Source: a virus
Virus record (IMG/VR): IMGVR_UViG_3300042922_000265
Span: 64,001-128,000 of that record
Strand: one strand, 5' to 3'
DNA length: 64,000 nt
Part shown: positions 1-9,839 of the stretch, piece by piece
Numbering within the stretch: position 1 is the stretch's first letter
How the letters are laid out: the number at the start of each line of letters is the position of its first letter
Made by a program: the position numbers and the translations under genes
The notes under the pieces: model-generated
Told to the model about the DNA's origin: nothing
Databases searched by the model: none
The model's input: only the letters and a program-made list of their open reading frames with translations

Positions 1-525
1 GGCGGACTGCGGCAGTCCGGGGTCCCACCAGGTGTGCAGCAAGCGCTTGAGCGTGCAGCTGGCCCGGAAGTCGGTGGTGCCAGGATAGAGCTGGACCAGG
101 GGGACCGAGTCCAGATACCCCGAGAACACCTGGTGCCAGCTCAGCCGCTTCATGAAGATCGCTACGCGGTCCATCGGCGCGAACAACGGGGTGTAGCGCC
201 CCTGACGGCTGCCGTCCTTGGCGGGCTTGTTGGTCAGCCGGAAAGCCGCCGAGCTGACTGAGTTCTCCACCCGGTTGATCGAGACGGCCACGATGTCATC
301 GCTCACGTCGTACTGCTTGTTGCCGCGCGCGATGATGATGCGGACCTCTGGGGTGTAGACCAGGGTCTTCATCGGCGGTGGCTCGCGGGTGCCGACATCG
401 GTCAGGTAGCTGTGATCGGGCAGGAAGCTGCCGCTGCTGGCCTCACTGGAGCCGGTGTAACCGCTGCCGGGGGTAGGTCCAGGCAGCGGCGTCACGTTGC
501 CGATCGGCAGGTTCGGACTGGTCAT
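1..525 (-). CDS. Baseplate hub / minor tail protein, N-terminal part (runs off the window)
   Basis: Hand-translated open frame from ATG 525 (MTSPNLPIG...KTLVYTPEVRIIIARG...VFSGYLDSVP). ATGA overlap with the upstream stop. Lies downstream of the tape measure gene. Confidence 0.65.
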   Translation of the reverse strand, partial: MTSPNLPIGNVTPLPGPTPGSGYTGSSEASSGSFLPDHSYLTDVGTREPPPMKTLVYTPEVRIIIARGNKQYDVSDDIVAVSINRVENSVSSAAFRLTNKPAKDGSRQGRYTPLFAPMDRVAIFMKRLSWHQVFSGYLDSVPLVQLYPGTTDFRASCTLKRLLHTWWDPGLPQSA

Positions 526-1112
526 CGGCCTACCGCCGGAGGTGCGGTCGGCAGGATCGCCGGAGGCTGAATCAGGGTGCTGTCTTGTGGGTTGACCGGC
601 TGGGTGGTGTTGGTGAAGTTCGGCTGGACCAGCAGGATGTCATCTCGGTATCCCCGGTAGGGGGCGATCAGGTCACCGATGATCTTCATGATGTCGCCGA
701 ATCCCCGGCTGCCCAAGGTTGTCTTCTCGCTCATCATGGAGTCGACCAGCATGACTCCGAACGTGGCCGACGGAGCGACCTCGAATCGCTTCTCGTTGAC
801 GGTGTAGCTGGTGATGTACCCCGTCCAGTTGTCGATGTTGCGCTCGGGCCACCACAGTGTCAGCTCACTGTTCTTCTCCATCCGAGACTTCTGCTGATGC
901 TCACGGACCCACGACTCGAACTCGTGCTTGTCCTCCAGGCTCTTGTACTGGACGGTGAAGTTGATGTCGGGCTGGCCGCACCGGATCGGGAAGTGGTGCA
1001 TCATCTTGGCCGTCTGCGCGCTGGTGATCGATGCATTCATCGGCGAACGGAACTGCGTGACGTTCATTTTGAACTCACGCGACTTGTAGTCGTAGATGTA
1101 CAGGTGGCTCAC
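522..1112 (-). CDS. Minor tail / baseplate protein
   Basis: 196-aa ORF, translationally coupled, in the post-tape-measure block. Confidence 0.55.
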   Translation of the reverse strand: MSHLYIYDYKSREFKMNVTQFRSPMNASITSAQTAKMMHHFPIRCGQPDINFTVQYKSLEDKHEFESWVREHQQKSRMEKNSELTLWWPERNIDNWTGYITSYTVNEKRFEVAPSATFGVMLVDSMMSEKTTLGSRGFGDIMKIIGDLIAPYRGYRDDILLVQPNFTNTTQPVNPQDSTLIQPPAILPTAPPAVGR

Positions 1113-1288
1113 TGATGCTGCCCCCGTCCCATGATGCGCGAAGGGCGCTGGATGGGGTCCAGATCCTCACCAGCGCGGAAGAAGAACCCCCACTGGTTGC
1201 TCCAGACCAGACCGTTGCAGTCCCAGTGGACCTCCCAGCCAGTGTTGCGCGGGCGGCTCACCGGGGTGTTGCTCACGTAATCAGCCAT
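1109..1288 (-). CDS. Small hypothetical protein (59 aa, MADYVSNT...)
   Basis: ATG 1288 preceded by GGAGG. Fills the gap and overlaps the next start. Confidence 0.6.
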   Translation of the reverse strand: MADYVSNTPVSRPRNTGWEVHWDCNGLVWSNQWGFFFRAGEDLDPIQRPSRIMGRGQHQ

Positions 1289-1290
1289 GG

Positions 1291-1998
1291 TTACCTCCCT
1301 GGCGTCGGTGCGGTCACGCCCACGCCGGGCAGGCCGCTGTCGGGCTTGTTGACGGCCTCCGGCAAGTAGATCCCGCCGCCGCCGGTTGCGAATTGCAGAA
1401 TGTCCTGATAGGTGTCCAGGCCCTGACGCACCACGCCGCCGACGTCGCCGATGATGTCCATCAGCGGGCTGCCGGTCAGGTTCGGGTCGTTGTATGGCGA
1501 ACGCTGGAATCCCACGCCGTCCATCAGGCGGCGCAGCTCTGCCGAGAGCGAGTTGCGCGTCATGAGGCCCGAGACGTCCTCCTGGACCTTCATGGTGATC
1601 TCGAACTCGCGCAGCACCTCGTTCATGGCGTCCTGGAAGGGGACGCTGGCGATGTAGCAATTGAGCTTCCACCCACGGGTGGTGTACTCGAACGTCGCCG
1701 GGGTGCCGTCGCGCTGGTCAACCATGACGTCACGCAGGAACTTGGACATCCGGTTGATGTAGTCCCAGCCACCCCGACCGGCCTCGGCCTTGAGACTGAA
1801 GTCATCGATGCGGGTGCCCAGAAGCTGGATCACGCGCCCGCCGTAGGTCTGGTCGATGCGCTTGTTGAGCGTGTAGGACCAGCGGAACTCGTTCGGGTTG
1901 GTACGGAACCGGAAGGTTCGCCCATGGTGGGTCAGGCTGGCGATGCCATTCTCACCCTTGCGTAGGGGCGCAGCCTGCTGCGGGAAGGTGTAGGCCAT
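1291..1998 (-). CDS. Minor tail / tube-initiator-like protein
   Basis: 235-aa ORF immediately after the tape measure gene, TAATG coupling. Confidence 0.55.
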   Translation of the reverse strand: MAYTFPQQAAPLRKGENGIASLTHHGRTFRFRTNPNEFRWSYTLNKRIDQTYGGRVIQLLGTRIDDFSLKAEAGRGGWDYINRMSKFLRDVMVDQRDGTPATFEYTTRGWKLNCYIASVPFQDAMNEVLREFEITMKVQEDVSGLMTRNSLSAELRRLMDGVGFQRSPYNDPNLTGSPLMDIIGDVGGVVRQGLDTYQDILQFATGGGGIYLPEAVNKPDSGLPGVGVTAPTPGR

Positions 1999-4313
1999 TA
2001 CTTACCACCTCCCAGGAACGGTGCGGAGTGGTTGAAATTCGGATCACCGGGACTTGGGCTGTTCATGGTGCCCGTGCCGTATCCGGCGTTGACGCCGCGC
2101 TGCTGGCCGGTCAGGGTGACCGAGGCCGGTGCGGTAACGCGACCGTTCTGGTCGACCACGATGCGCACCTCGCCCTGAACGTTGCCCTCGGTGCGGATAC
2201 GGGTGTCAGCCATCTCTTTGCCGGTAGCTGGTGGCGGTGCCGAACGCCGCTGTGCGTCGGCCAAGATGTCCTCCGGGCTGGCGAAGTACTTGCCCACCTG
2301 GTCACCGAAGTTGGTGAAGTTACGACCGGCGGCCTTGAGCGAGTCCCAGGAGCCGCTGAGGTTACCGCTGAGTAGCTTTCCTCCGGCGGCCAGCAGGTTG
2401 CCGGGAGACTTTAGGGGCGAAAACAGGTTGCCTACCTGCTCGCCGATGGTGCCAGGGTCTGCAGCAGCCTGCGCGCGGCGCGACGAGGCGCGCCCGGTGG
2501 GGTTACCCTCCTCGACCAGCGACTTGTACAGCTCGTGGGCATCATCCCAGGAGCCCAGAGACACACCCATGGACTCACAGATCAGCATGAACTGCTCGGT
2601 GCCCAGCACCAGGTCGCCCTTGGAACTGTCGGAGGCTTGCTTGGCGAATCGACCCAGGGTTTTCCAGTAGGCGTCGCCGATGTCGATACCCTGCTGCTGC
2701 ATGCGGGCCGGGACCATGCGGGGGCTGTAGACGTCCTTGACGCCATTAGTCACAGCCATCTGCATCAGGAAGTCCGGGTTCTGCATCGCGCCCTGGGCGG
2801 TGGCCGGGACGATGTTCTTGAGCTGCTGGTTGTCGCTGAACGCCTCGTTGATCGCGTTGGTCGCCTGGGTCAGCGACTCGCCTTCCAGACCCATGCCCTG
2901 CAGGACCTTGGTGGTGTTCTGGTAGGCCGAGTTGCGCTCCTCCTGGCTCATCGCGTTGCCCTCGGTGCGGGTCAGGTCCTTGAGCATGCTCATCTGCGAA
3001 GCGAAGTCCTCGACCGACAAGCCGCCCTTCTCCACGGTGGTGCGGAAGAGATCCATGCTCTGGCTGGAGGTCATGTTCATCTCTTTGAGGTTCTCGGCCA
3101 TCATCTTGGAGACGGTGTCGAACTCCTGGCCGGTGTAGCCGTTACGCAGGGCCGACTGCATGATCGACCGCGACTGCTCCAGCGAGATGAACGGGTTGAT
3201 GGCCATCATCCGGGCCTGCATCTCATAGCCGAAGCCCTCTGCGGCTCCGCCACCGGATGCCGATCCGAGGTTGCGGTAATCCTGGATCTGCTCGCCCGCG
3301 TTCTGGACGAACTTGTTACCCGCCACGGCGGTACCCAGAGCCAGCCCGGCCAGGCCCGCGCCCTTGGCGATACCGCCCCAAGCGCCGAATCCACCACCGC
3401 CGCCATCTCCGGTGCCTCCTCCGCCACCGCCTCCTCCGCCGCCACCACCGTGGCCGCCGATGCGCCCGATCGCGCCGAGGGTCGCTGCTGCGCCCGCCAT
3501 CATGCCGCCGCCAGCACCACGGGTGCCGCTGCGAACCTCATTGAGGACCGAGGACGCCGTGCTGCCCGCCGTGGCCAGATGCTGTTGCCAGGCCGGGGCG
3601 TCCGGGTGCGGAGTGGCCGGTTCGTTCTGCTTCTCGCTGGTGGTCGGCTGGCCGCTGTTAGTCGGGTCGGGCGGGGCCGAGGATGCGCGCTGGGCCTGAG
3701 TGGCCTGTGGAGACGTCGATGCTGCCGTGGGGGCACCCTGCCCCATCCCGCCGCCGGTACCGCCGGAGACACCCTGCTGGGCCGCCAGCTGGCCGCCTAC
3801 AAGACCGAGCTGGGCCGGATTGACGTACCCCCCACGCTGGGCCGCCATGTTGGCGAACGTGCGCGGGTCGCTCTGCATCATCTGCTGCATGTAGCTGGTC
3901 ATCTGGGCCTGGCCCATACCGATGCCGGTTCCGGGCATGCCAGCAAACGGGTCCATGTAGCCCGACGGGGCGGCTGTGGAGTAGGTGCCACCACCGGGCT
4001 GCCCACCCATCGGTGCGCCACTCATGCCGACGTTGGAGTGACCGCCCAATTCCTGCTGGATGTAGCTCATCCGCTCCAGCTGGGTGATCATGTTGCGATA
4101 CGCCTGGTTGGCTTGCTCGATGATCGCCGGAAGGCTCTGCAGGTACCCCTGCCAGTCGCCGCTGGCCCGCGCCATGGCCTCTTGCTCGACCCGGATGTTG
4201 GCCACCCGCTCGCGGACCTGGTCCAGATCGTTGAGGGTGGATGCCGGGACGTCGACAGAGATCCTCGCGACGACCGAATCGTCGCGGTACTCGAAATTGT
4301 CTGGAGTGGTCAT
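1998..4313 (-). CDS. Tape measure protein
   Basis: 771 aa, Ala/Gly/Gln-rich and helical, directly follows the frameshifted chaperone. Confidence 0.8.
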   Translation of the reverse strand: MTTPDNFEYRDDSVVARISVDVPASTLNDLDQVRERVANIRVEQEAMARASGDWQGYLQSLPAIIEQANQAYRNMITQLERMSYIQQELGGHSNVGMSGAPMGGQPGGGTYSTAAPSGYMDPFAGMPGTGIGMGQAQMTSYMQQMMQSDPRTFANMAAQRGGYVNPAQLGLVGGQLAAQQGVSGGTGGGMGQGAPTAASTSPQATQAQRASSAPPDPTNSGQPTTSEKQNEPATPHPDAPAWQQHLATAGSTASSVLNEVRSGTRGAGGGMMAGAAATLGAIGRIGGHGGGGGGGGGGGGTGDGGGGGFGAWGGIAKGAGLAGLALGTAVAGNKFVQNAGEQIQDYRNLGSASGGGAAEGFGYEMQARMMAINPFISLEQSRSIMQSALRNGYTGQEFDTVSKMMAENLKEMNMTSSQSMDLFRTTVEKGGLSVEDFASQMSMLKDLTRTEGNAMSQEERNSAYQNTTKVLQGMGLEGESLTQATNAINEAFSDNQQLKNIVPATAQGAMQNPDFLMQMAVTNGVKDVYSPRMVPARMQQQGIDIGDAYWKTLGRFAKQASDSSKGDLVLGTEQFMLICESMGVSLGSWDDAHELYKSLVEEGNPTGRASSRRAQAAADPGTIGEQVGNLFSPLKSPGNLLAAGGKLLSGNLSGSWDSLKAAGRNFTNFGDQVGKYFASPEDILADAQRRSAPPPATGKEMADTRIRTEGNVQGEVRIVVDQNGRVTAPASVTLTGQQRGVNAGYGTGTMNSPSPGDPNFNHSAPFLGGGK

Positions 4314-4316
4314 GGG

Positions 4317-4706
4317 CTAGATCCACGCTCCGTTGCTCTCGTCCAGATAGCCGAAGACCTCTCCGCCCGAGACCATGCGCTGTTTCTCCAGGTCCTCGTA
4401 ATAGGCGTCCAGCTCGTCGATGTTGTCTACTACCTCTTCTGCTGGACTCCCGGCCAGAGTTAGAGGCTGGGGCTGCCAGTCCTCGTTGTCAGCAAAGAGA
4501 TCGATATAGCGTTCGGGGTACTGGTACCAGGTCTGCTTCTGCAACGTGTCGTCGATGTCCTGGACCCGCTGGCGGCGTTCTGCGTGGATCTGGTAGATCG
4601 CAGCAAACCTCTGGAAGGGGTTCAGACTCTTCTCCCGGAGGAGACCCTGATGCCAGGCTAGAGCGATGAGACCTTCAGTCTCGTCGTCTAGCCGAGCAAT
4701 TTTCCC
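4317..4706 (-). CDS. Tail assembly chaperone, -1 frameshift extension (GT-like)
   Basis: Frame is open from the slippery GGGAAAA (4700-4706) to TAG 4317: KIARLDDETEGLIALAW...LQKQTWYQ. Confidence 0.8.
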   Translation of the reverse strand, partial: GKIARLDDETEGLIALAWHQGLLREKSLNPFQRFAAIYQIHAERRQRVQDIDDTLQKQTWYQYPERYIDLFADNEDWQPQPLTLAGSPAEEVVDNIDELDAYYEDLEKQRMVSGGEVFGYLDESNGAWI

Positions 4707-5266
4707 AGCTTGACAGCCAGCTCGGCGAACTCGCGCTCCAGCTTCATGACCTCGTCGTAGATCTTCACCAAGACCGGTGGATGGAACTCCAGCAGGGCAT
4801 CGCAGTTCTTGGCAAAGATCTCGTCAGGGTCGGTGACCTCCTTGAGGCTCGTCCAGAGATCCTGAACGTTGCCCCGGTGGTCCTTGATCTCGACCAGGCC
4901 GGATGCCACCACGGCAACCTGGTGCGCGCGGGCGAACCCGTGAGTCTCCAGGTAGGGCTTGGTGTAGAGGCCGACGCGCATCTCGTCGCCGGTCTTGAGG
5001 GTGCGGATGCGCACGTCGAAGTCGGCCACGTTGACGGTCTTGTAGCGTCGACCCACGGTCAGAAGGCGCTCAAAGTCCTGGCGCTCTTCAGCGGTGAGCC
5101 TGATCTGCGGTTCTGCTTCTGCGTCCTCTGCCACCTCGACCAGATCGCCGACAATCCGACGGGTCTGCTGGTCCCCGGAGGCTTCCAGCGCATCTCGGTT
5201 CGGTGGCTGGATGTCGGGGTCGATCGTGGTGTCTACTGGACGTTCTTCTTCACTGGGGTAAGTCAC
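4688..5266 (-). CDS. Tail assembly chaperone (G-like)
   Basis: 192 aa ending KLGKLLG, with G GGA AAA just before the stop. Upstream of tape measure. Confidence 0.8.
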   Translation of the reverse strand: MTYPSEEERPVDTTIDPDIQPPNRDALEASGDQQTRRIVGDLVEVAEDAEAEPQIRLTAEERQDFERLLTVGRRYKTVNVADFDVRIRTLKTGDEMRVGLYTKPYLETHGFARAHQVAVVASGLVEIKDHRGNVQDLWTSLKEVTDPDEIFAKNCDALLEFHPPVLVKIYDEVMKLEREFAELAVKLGKLLG

Positions 5267-5278
5267 TTGCTGTCCTCA

Positions 5279-6037
5279 CTAGTACAGCGGACGGATCGCC
5301 GAAGGCTCCTCCACTGAGTGCTGGCCGTCGTCCCAACGGACGCCGACTTCGGTACCTTCCAGGTGCGTCACCGTGCCTGGAATCATGCTGCCGCGCCAAG
5401 GCATACCAACTCGGTGAGCTGGCGCGAACGTGTGGCCCAACCAGACAGGCTCTGCCATCTGCGCTGGTTGGGTGGGAGGGACCCCGAGGGCCTGGATGGC
5501 CAGCCCGCCAGCGGTGTGCTGACGGGCCGCGCTAAAAGACGGTAGGTCCCATTCCCTGGGGTCGATATTCGGCTTGGCCGGTGGCGGAGCGAACTCCTCC
5601 TCGTGGGGCCGAACCGAACGGGCCTCGTTGATCTCCGGGAAGGTGCCTTCCAGGTTCTCCGAAGAGTGCGGGTCGTAGTCCATGTAGTGGCCGACGTCGT
5701 CAGCGTGCCCGTGACCGGCATGGCCCTGGTCCACCTGGGACTCCGGGATGTGCTGAGATGGGTCGGGCCGATTCATGCCCCACTCATCGTCGAAACGATC
5801 GCGTTCGCCCTGGTATTCGCCGGAGTCTTCGGCGTCCTGAGGATGCCAGGGGTTGCCGAACGACGTCGGTCCGACCGCGTGGCGGGCCAGGAGACCGGCA
5901 TGGATAGACGGGCCGTGCAGCAGATCGGCCACCTCGTCCTGACTGACCGACGCCTGCCGGTCACGGCGCGCATAGATCCCGGCATCGGCGGCGAAGACCG
6001 CGTTGCCCTCGGAGTGCCGCTGAATCGACATGCTCAC
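5279..6037 (-). CDS. Hypothetical acidic virion-associated protein
   Basis: 252-aa ORF between tube and chaperone. C-terminal SH3-like segment (GVRWDDG). Confidence 0.5.
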   Translation of the reverse strand: MSMSIQRHSEGNAVFAADAGIYARRDRQASVSQDEVADLLHGPSIHAGLLARHAVGPTSFGNPWHPQDAEDSGEYQGERDRFDDEWGMNRPDPSQHIPESQVDQGHAGHGHADDVGHYMDYDPHSSENLEGTFPEINEARSVRPHEEEFAPPPAKPNIDPREWDLPSFSAARQHTAGGLAIQALGVPPTQPAQMAEPVWLGHTFAPAHRVGMPWRGSMIPGTVTHLEGTEVGVRWDDGQHSVEEPSAIRPLY

Positions 6038-6051
6038 TTGACGCCAGCTCC

Positions 6052-6519
6052 TTAGACGGTAGTGGTACGGATGTACTGCATCGTGATCGTCTTCGGCAGC
6101 GTCATGGTGCCGATGTTGATCTGCTCACCCTCGTCGATGTCGGTGATGACGCAACCGTGATACACCCGAGCGCGGGTGATTCCTGACGGGGACTTGATGA
6201 GCTTGCGGCAGGTGACCTCGCCCATCTGGATTTGACGCTTGAGGACGTCCAGAAGGTTGTTGGTGCCTTCCAGTCCTGGCAGACGCGACCAGACGGGCTC
6301 GTTCCACAGCTCGTAGAACGTCATGCGCAAGCTGCCTGCGCCGACCGCCATGGCGGTCACGATCTCGATCGGAGTCTCCGAATCGATGGGTTGGACGACC
6401 TGTGCTCCGGCCACGGGCTGTGGCGGGGTGTCCTGCAAGGTCTGCAGGTACGCCAGCCGAGTGCCTCGGAACGTCATCGTGGTAAAGCCGGAACCGCCGA
6501 CGCGGGTCTTGGATTCCAC
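6052..6519 (-). CDS. Tail tube protein
   Basis: 155 aa, beta-rich, immediately downstream of the sheath. Confidence 0.75.
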   Translation of the reverse strand: MESKTRVGGSGFTTMTFRGTRLAYLQTLQDTPPQPVAGAQVVQPIDSETPIEIVTAMAVGAGSLRMTFYELWNEPVWSRLPGLEGTNNLLDVLKRQIQMGEVTCRKLIKSPSGITRARVYHGCVITDIDEGEQINIGTMTLPKTITMQYIRTTTV

Positions 6520-6543
6520 GGTTCACTCCCTTCGGGTCTTGGC

Positions 6544-7992
6544 CTACAGCGCGGTCTCGGTGGTCTCGATGTCGCCCGTGAGGACGGCCACCGAGTAACG
6601 GACCACGATGTAGTTCAGTGGGTAGGCAGGCAGCCACTCGTAGCGGATCTCCAGCACGTCGGGGAGGGTCGCGATCTGGCGAACCTTGAGTCCCTGGTAG
6701 TTGCGGATGATGTCGTCACGCAGAAGCGACTGCAATGCGGCCTCGGCACTAGCCTTGACCTGAATCAGGGTGGAGTCATAGATCGGCTGACCGATCAGGC
6801 CGTCGGCGTCCAGGTAGTCCCGGATGCGGTAGACCATGACGTCCTGCTGGCCGATGATCGACCACTCTCGGGTCAGCAGATCGGTCGGGTTGGTGGTCAC
6901 GCCGTGACGCACCTGCACCTGCTGGCGTCGGGTCTTCTCGACGACCATCAGACCGTTGCTGGACTCAAGGTTCTTCTCACCCTCGCGCTGGTGCTCCGCA
7001 GGGCCGAGGAAGCCGCGCACGATCTTGCGCGTCAGCGGCTGGGCGGCATTCAGGCTGGAGGCCAGACCGGCCAGGGCGGCAGCCATGTACTGGCCGCCGA
7101 TCACTACAGGCTGGTTCAGCTCAGGGGCGTAGTACTGGAAGCTCGACGGGCTCACCAGCGCCACGCGCTGATCGAAGATCGTCTGAGCGTTGGCGATGCG
7201 CTGGGTTGACAACACCGGGGTGACCGAGCCGTCCATGCCCAGGATGGCCCGACGCTCGTAGCGGTTGTTGGACTGGGCCTGCACGTGCTGCTGAACCAGG
7301 GCCTGGATCGCGGTCGCACCCGTGGCGGGCACGATGATGGCGATCAGCTCCTCGTCGCGGAACTTGTCCAGCGCGTTGGCGTAATCGGCCATGGTGACCG
7401 TATCCGGGTCCTCCGGGTCGATGGCGCAGGTGAGCACGGTCGATGCGCCGTTCATGAAGGCGAACTTGGCGGCCAGGGTCAGCTCGGACTGGATGTTGCC
7501 CGCGCTGTCGAACGGCTCGCCGTAGAAGTCCCGAACGTCGTCGTAGTCGTAGAGCGCGTAGACCTCGAAATAGTCCGGGTCGGTGTACTGGTAGCTCAGC
7601 TGAACGGTGTCACCAGGCAGAATGTGTCCACCGTCGATGACGCGCTGCACGGTGTACAGGTCGTCGCGGGTCTCGATCTCGGAGTCGTCGCCCACGCTGA
7701 CGCGGGTGATGACGTAGTCGGTGCCCAGGACATAGAGCTGACCGGTGTTCGGGTCGACTACGCGCACCGAAGTTGGCTTGATGCCCTTCTGGGTGAGCGT
7801 TCGGTTGGTCGCTGGGGTCTCTTCATCGACGTCGGGGTTGATCTTCACGCTCTCACGGAAGGTCTTGTACCCAACGGACTGACCGAAGAGCGCTACGGCG
7901 GTCGGGACGGAGGACCGGACAGCGAGCTGCGGGCCACCAACTGCTTCGGTGTAAACCCCCGGCGGCTGGTAGCGGGTGAAGTCGATTGCCAC
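6544..7992 (-). CDS. Tail sheath protein
   Basis: 482 aa. N-terminal YQPPGVY, AAALAG and VRHGVTT motifs typical of sheath proteins. Confidence 0.9.
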   Translation of the reverse strand: MAIDFTRYQPPGVYTEAVGGPQLAVRSSVPTAVALFGQSVGYKTFRESVKINPDVDEETPATNRTLTQKGIKPTSVRVVDPNTGQLYVLGTDYVITRVSVGDDSEIETRDDLYTVQRVIDGGHILPGDTVQLSYQYTDPDYFEVYALYDYDDVRDFYGEPFDSAGNIQSELTLAAKFAFMNGASTVLTCAIDPEDPDTVTMADYANALDKFRDEELIAIIVPATGATAIQALVQQHVQAQSNNRYERRAILGMDGSVTPVLSTQRIANAQTIFDQRVALVSPSSFQYYAPELNQPVVIGGQYMAAALAGLASSLNAAQPLTRKIVRGFLGPAEHQREGEKNLESSNGLMVVEKTRRQQVQVRHGVTTNPTDLLTREWSIIGQQDVMVYRIRDYLDADGLIGQPIYDSTLIQVKASAEAALQSLLRDDIIRNYQGLKVRQIATLPDVLEIRYEWLPAYPLNYIVVRYSVAVLTGDIETTETAL

Positions 7993-8014
7993 GTCTGAAG
8001 TCCTTTCGTGCCTC

Positions 8015-8050
8015 TACGTCTTCTCGTTGGTCAAGGTGTTTCCAACAGGG
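8015..8050 (-). promoter_or_regulatory. Putative late promoter (CCTGY-N22-AANNNGT)
   Basis: CCCTGT-N22-AAGACGTA upstream of the sheath. One of 11 copies with identical spacing. Confidence 0.65.
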
Positions 8051-8782
8051 TCAGTGCCAATCGAACGGATTGGGCGGGATGTCCATCTCGCTATCCTCGG
8101 CGATTGCCCGCAACGTGTAGGTGCCGTCGTTGCGGAACACGATGTTGGACTGGCCCATGATCTGGAAGCTGTAGGAGTCCTCGTAACCGAGGGTTTCGGG
8201 GTCCCACGGCACGCCAGGGGTGACGGTCTGGCCGCCTGGGGTCACCGTGTCGTGATCGATGGCGATGGCCACGTACGGGTTGTCCTTGAGCGCGCCGATC
8301 AGTCCCCGGAACTGCTTGGTGTCGTAGGTCGGGTCGGTCAGGACGTACTCCGGGGTGCGGGCGTAGGCCAGCATGGTGACCAGGCGGTCACTGACACGGT
8401 CGCGCTCCAGGTTGGTCAAAGCCACCACGGTCAGGGTGACAGTGCCCTTGAACTGGATCTCCCGGATGGTCTCCCAGTTGATGCGCTCGTCGGGGGTGCC
8501 CGCATTGAGGGTGACCTTCTTGACGATCTCGTGGCCGATACCGGCGTTGACGAACTCGGTGAAGCTGAACTGCACCCAGATGCCGGGGTAGTACTTCTCC
8601 TCCATCGGGTATTCCATCTCGACGGAGACCTCGGAGTTGGCCATCTCGTAGCCCAGCGTGGTGCCGTGCAAGCCCTGCTTGATGGCGGTCATGACGCAGC
8701 GCTTGACCTGCTCGATGGGTCCGCCTGGTGTGCCACCGGGGAACTCCTCGTTGGCCTGTCCCGCAGCTCCTAGTTCAGCCAC
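8051..8782 (-). CDS. Tail terminator / neck protein
   Basis: 243-aa ORF just upstream of the sheath. Confidence 0.5.
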   Translation of the reverse strand: MAELGAAGQANEEFPGGTPGGPIEQVKRCVMTAIKQGLHGTTLGYEMANSEVSVEMEYPMEEKYYPGIWVQFSFTEFVNAGIGHEIVKKVTLNAGTPDERINWETIREIQFKGTVTLTVVALTNLERDRVSDRLVTMLAYARTPEYVLTDPTYDTKQFRGLIGALKDNPYVAIAIDHDTVTPGGQTVTPGVPWDPETLGYEDSYSFQIMGQSNIVFRNDGTYTLRAIAEDSEMDIPPNPFDWH

Positions 8783-9246
8783 TGGATCTGGCTCCTGTCC
8801 TCGGTGATCGACTTCATGATCGATGTCCTGATGAAGGTGCGATTCTCACGGATGGCTTTGGTCATGGCGGACTCGATGAACCGCTTGGGCTCCAGGCCGG
8901 GGTAGCGCCACTTCTGGTTGCGCCAGACCTTGCCCTTGTGCGGGATGTTGACGTAGCCAGGTTTGCCGACGTCCTTGCCGGTACGGAAGTGCGGGCCGTC
9001 GCCCATCTTGCAGCCGAGCGGGACGGTCTTGCCGTTGACCCAGGTCATCAGGTACGGCTTGACACCACTGTTCTGGTACAGCAGGTGCTTGAGGGTCGAT
9101 CGAATACCGACCTCGCCCTTGTTGCTGGCAGGCTGCAGTGCGCCAGAGGACTTCCAACCACGGCCCATGACGTCTTCGCGGGCCTTCTGCGCCGCGATGC
9201 GCGAGAGCACCGCGCAGGTCTCAGCGGGTACGGCGACGCGGGTCAT
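8770..9246 (-). CDS. Tail completion / neck protein (basic)
   Basis: 158 aa with PGLEPKRFIESA, an HK97 gp10-like C-terminus. Neck region. Confidence 0.5.
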   Translation of the reverse strand: MTRVAVPAETCAVLSRIAAQKAREDVMGRGWKSSGALQPASNKGEVGIRSTLKHLLYQNSGVKPYLMTWVNGKTVPLGCKMGDGPHFRTGKDVGKPGYVNIPHKGKVWRNQKWRYPGLEPKRFIESAMTKAIRENRTFIRTSIMKSITEDRSQIQWLN

Positions 9247-9839
9247 CTCGGATTCCCGTCGTAGCGATTGATGATCTTGCCGACGGCGGGGAACTGGTAG
9301 ATCGGCATCTGGTCGCCGACCCGATCGATCTCACCGCGCTGACTCAGCGCGTCCACACTGGTTTGCCCGAAGGCGTTGCCGGTACGGATCGACTCGTTGT
9401 TGATCTCCTTGACCGTGTAGATACCGTCGATCTCCATGACGCGATGCTCCGGGCTCCAGTGCGGCACCCGGATGATGTAGTCGCGCTGCCAGAGGTCGGG
9501 GTACCACTCGGTGTGGATGCGCCGGGGGCGCGGGTGCCAGAGACCACGGCGGTCCTGGTCTTCCTGATCCTGGGCGTCGGTGAAGACAGCCCAGGCACGC
9601 GCGAACTGGGCGACACCGCCGTCGTAGGTGGTGCCGTAGCAACGTGTGCAGCGGCTGGAATCGCTGCCCTTGTAGAGGTCGTCGTAGCACACCGGACAGC
9701 GTGGCTGGTCTCGCGGCACCTCGTTGACGTGGTACATGTGCAGCAGGATGCACTCTTCGCCATGCATCATCAGCGCGTCCCGGACACTCTGGCGAGCAAA
9801 CCGGATCGCGTACGGTTCGACGAGGTCAATGCGTGGCAT
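9243..9839 (-). CDS. Head-to-tail stopper / connector with Zn ribbon
   Basis: CPVC...CTRCYGT motif, neck region. Confidence 0.5.
   Translation of the reverse strand: MPRIDLVEPYAIRFARQSVRDALMMHGEECILLHMYHVNEVPRDQPRCPVCYDDLYKGSDSSRCTRCYGTTYDGGVAQFARAWAVFTDAQDQEDQDRRGLWHPRPRRIHTEWYPDLWQRDYIIRVPHWSPEHRVMEIDGIYTVKEINNESIRTGNAFGQTSVDALSQRGEIDRVGDQMPIYQFPAVGKIINRYDGNPR

Noticed and set aside
2535-4463. Long plus-strand ORFs (e.g. 642 aa here, also 14611-16518, 35721-37850, 38323-39993)
   Set aside because: They are antisense shadows of well-supported minus-strand genes in GC-rich DNA and show no recognisable motifs.
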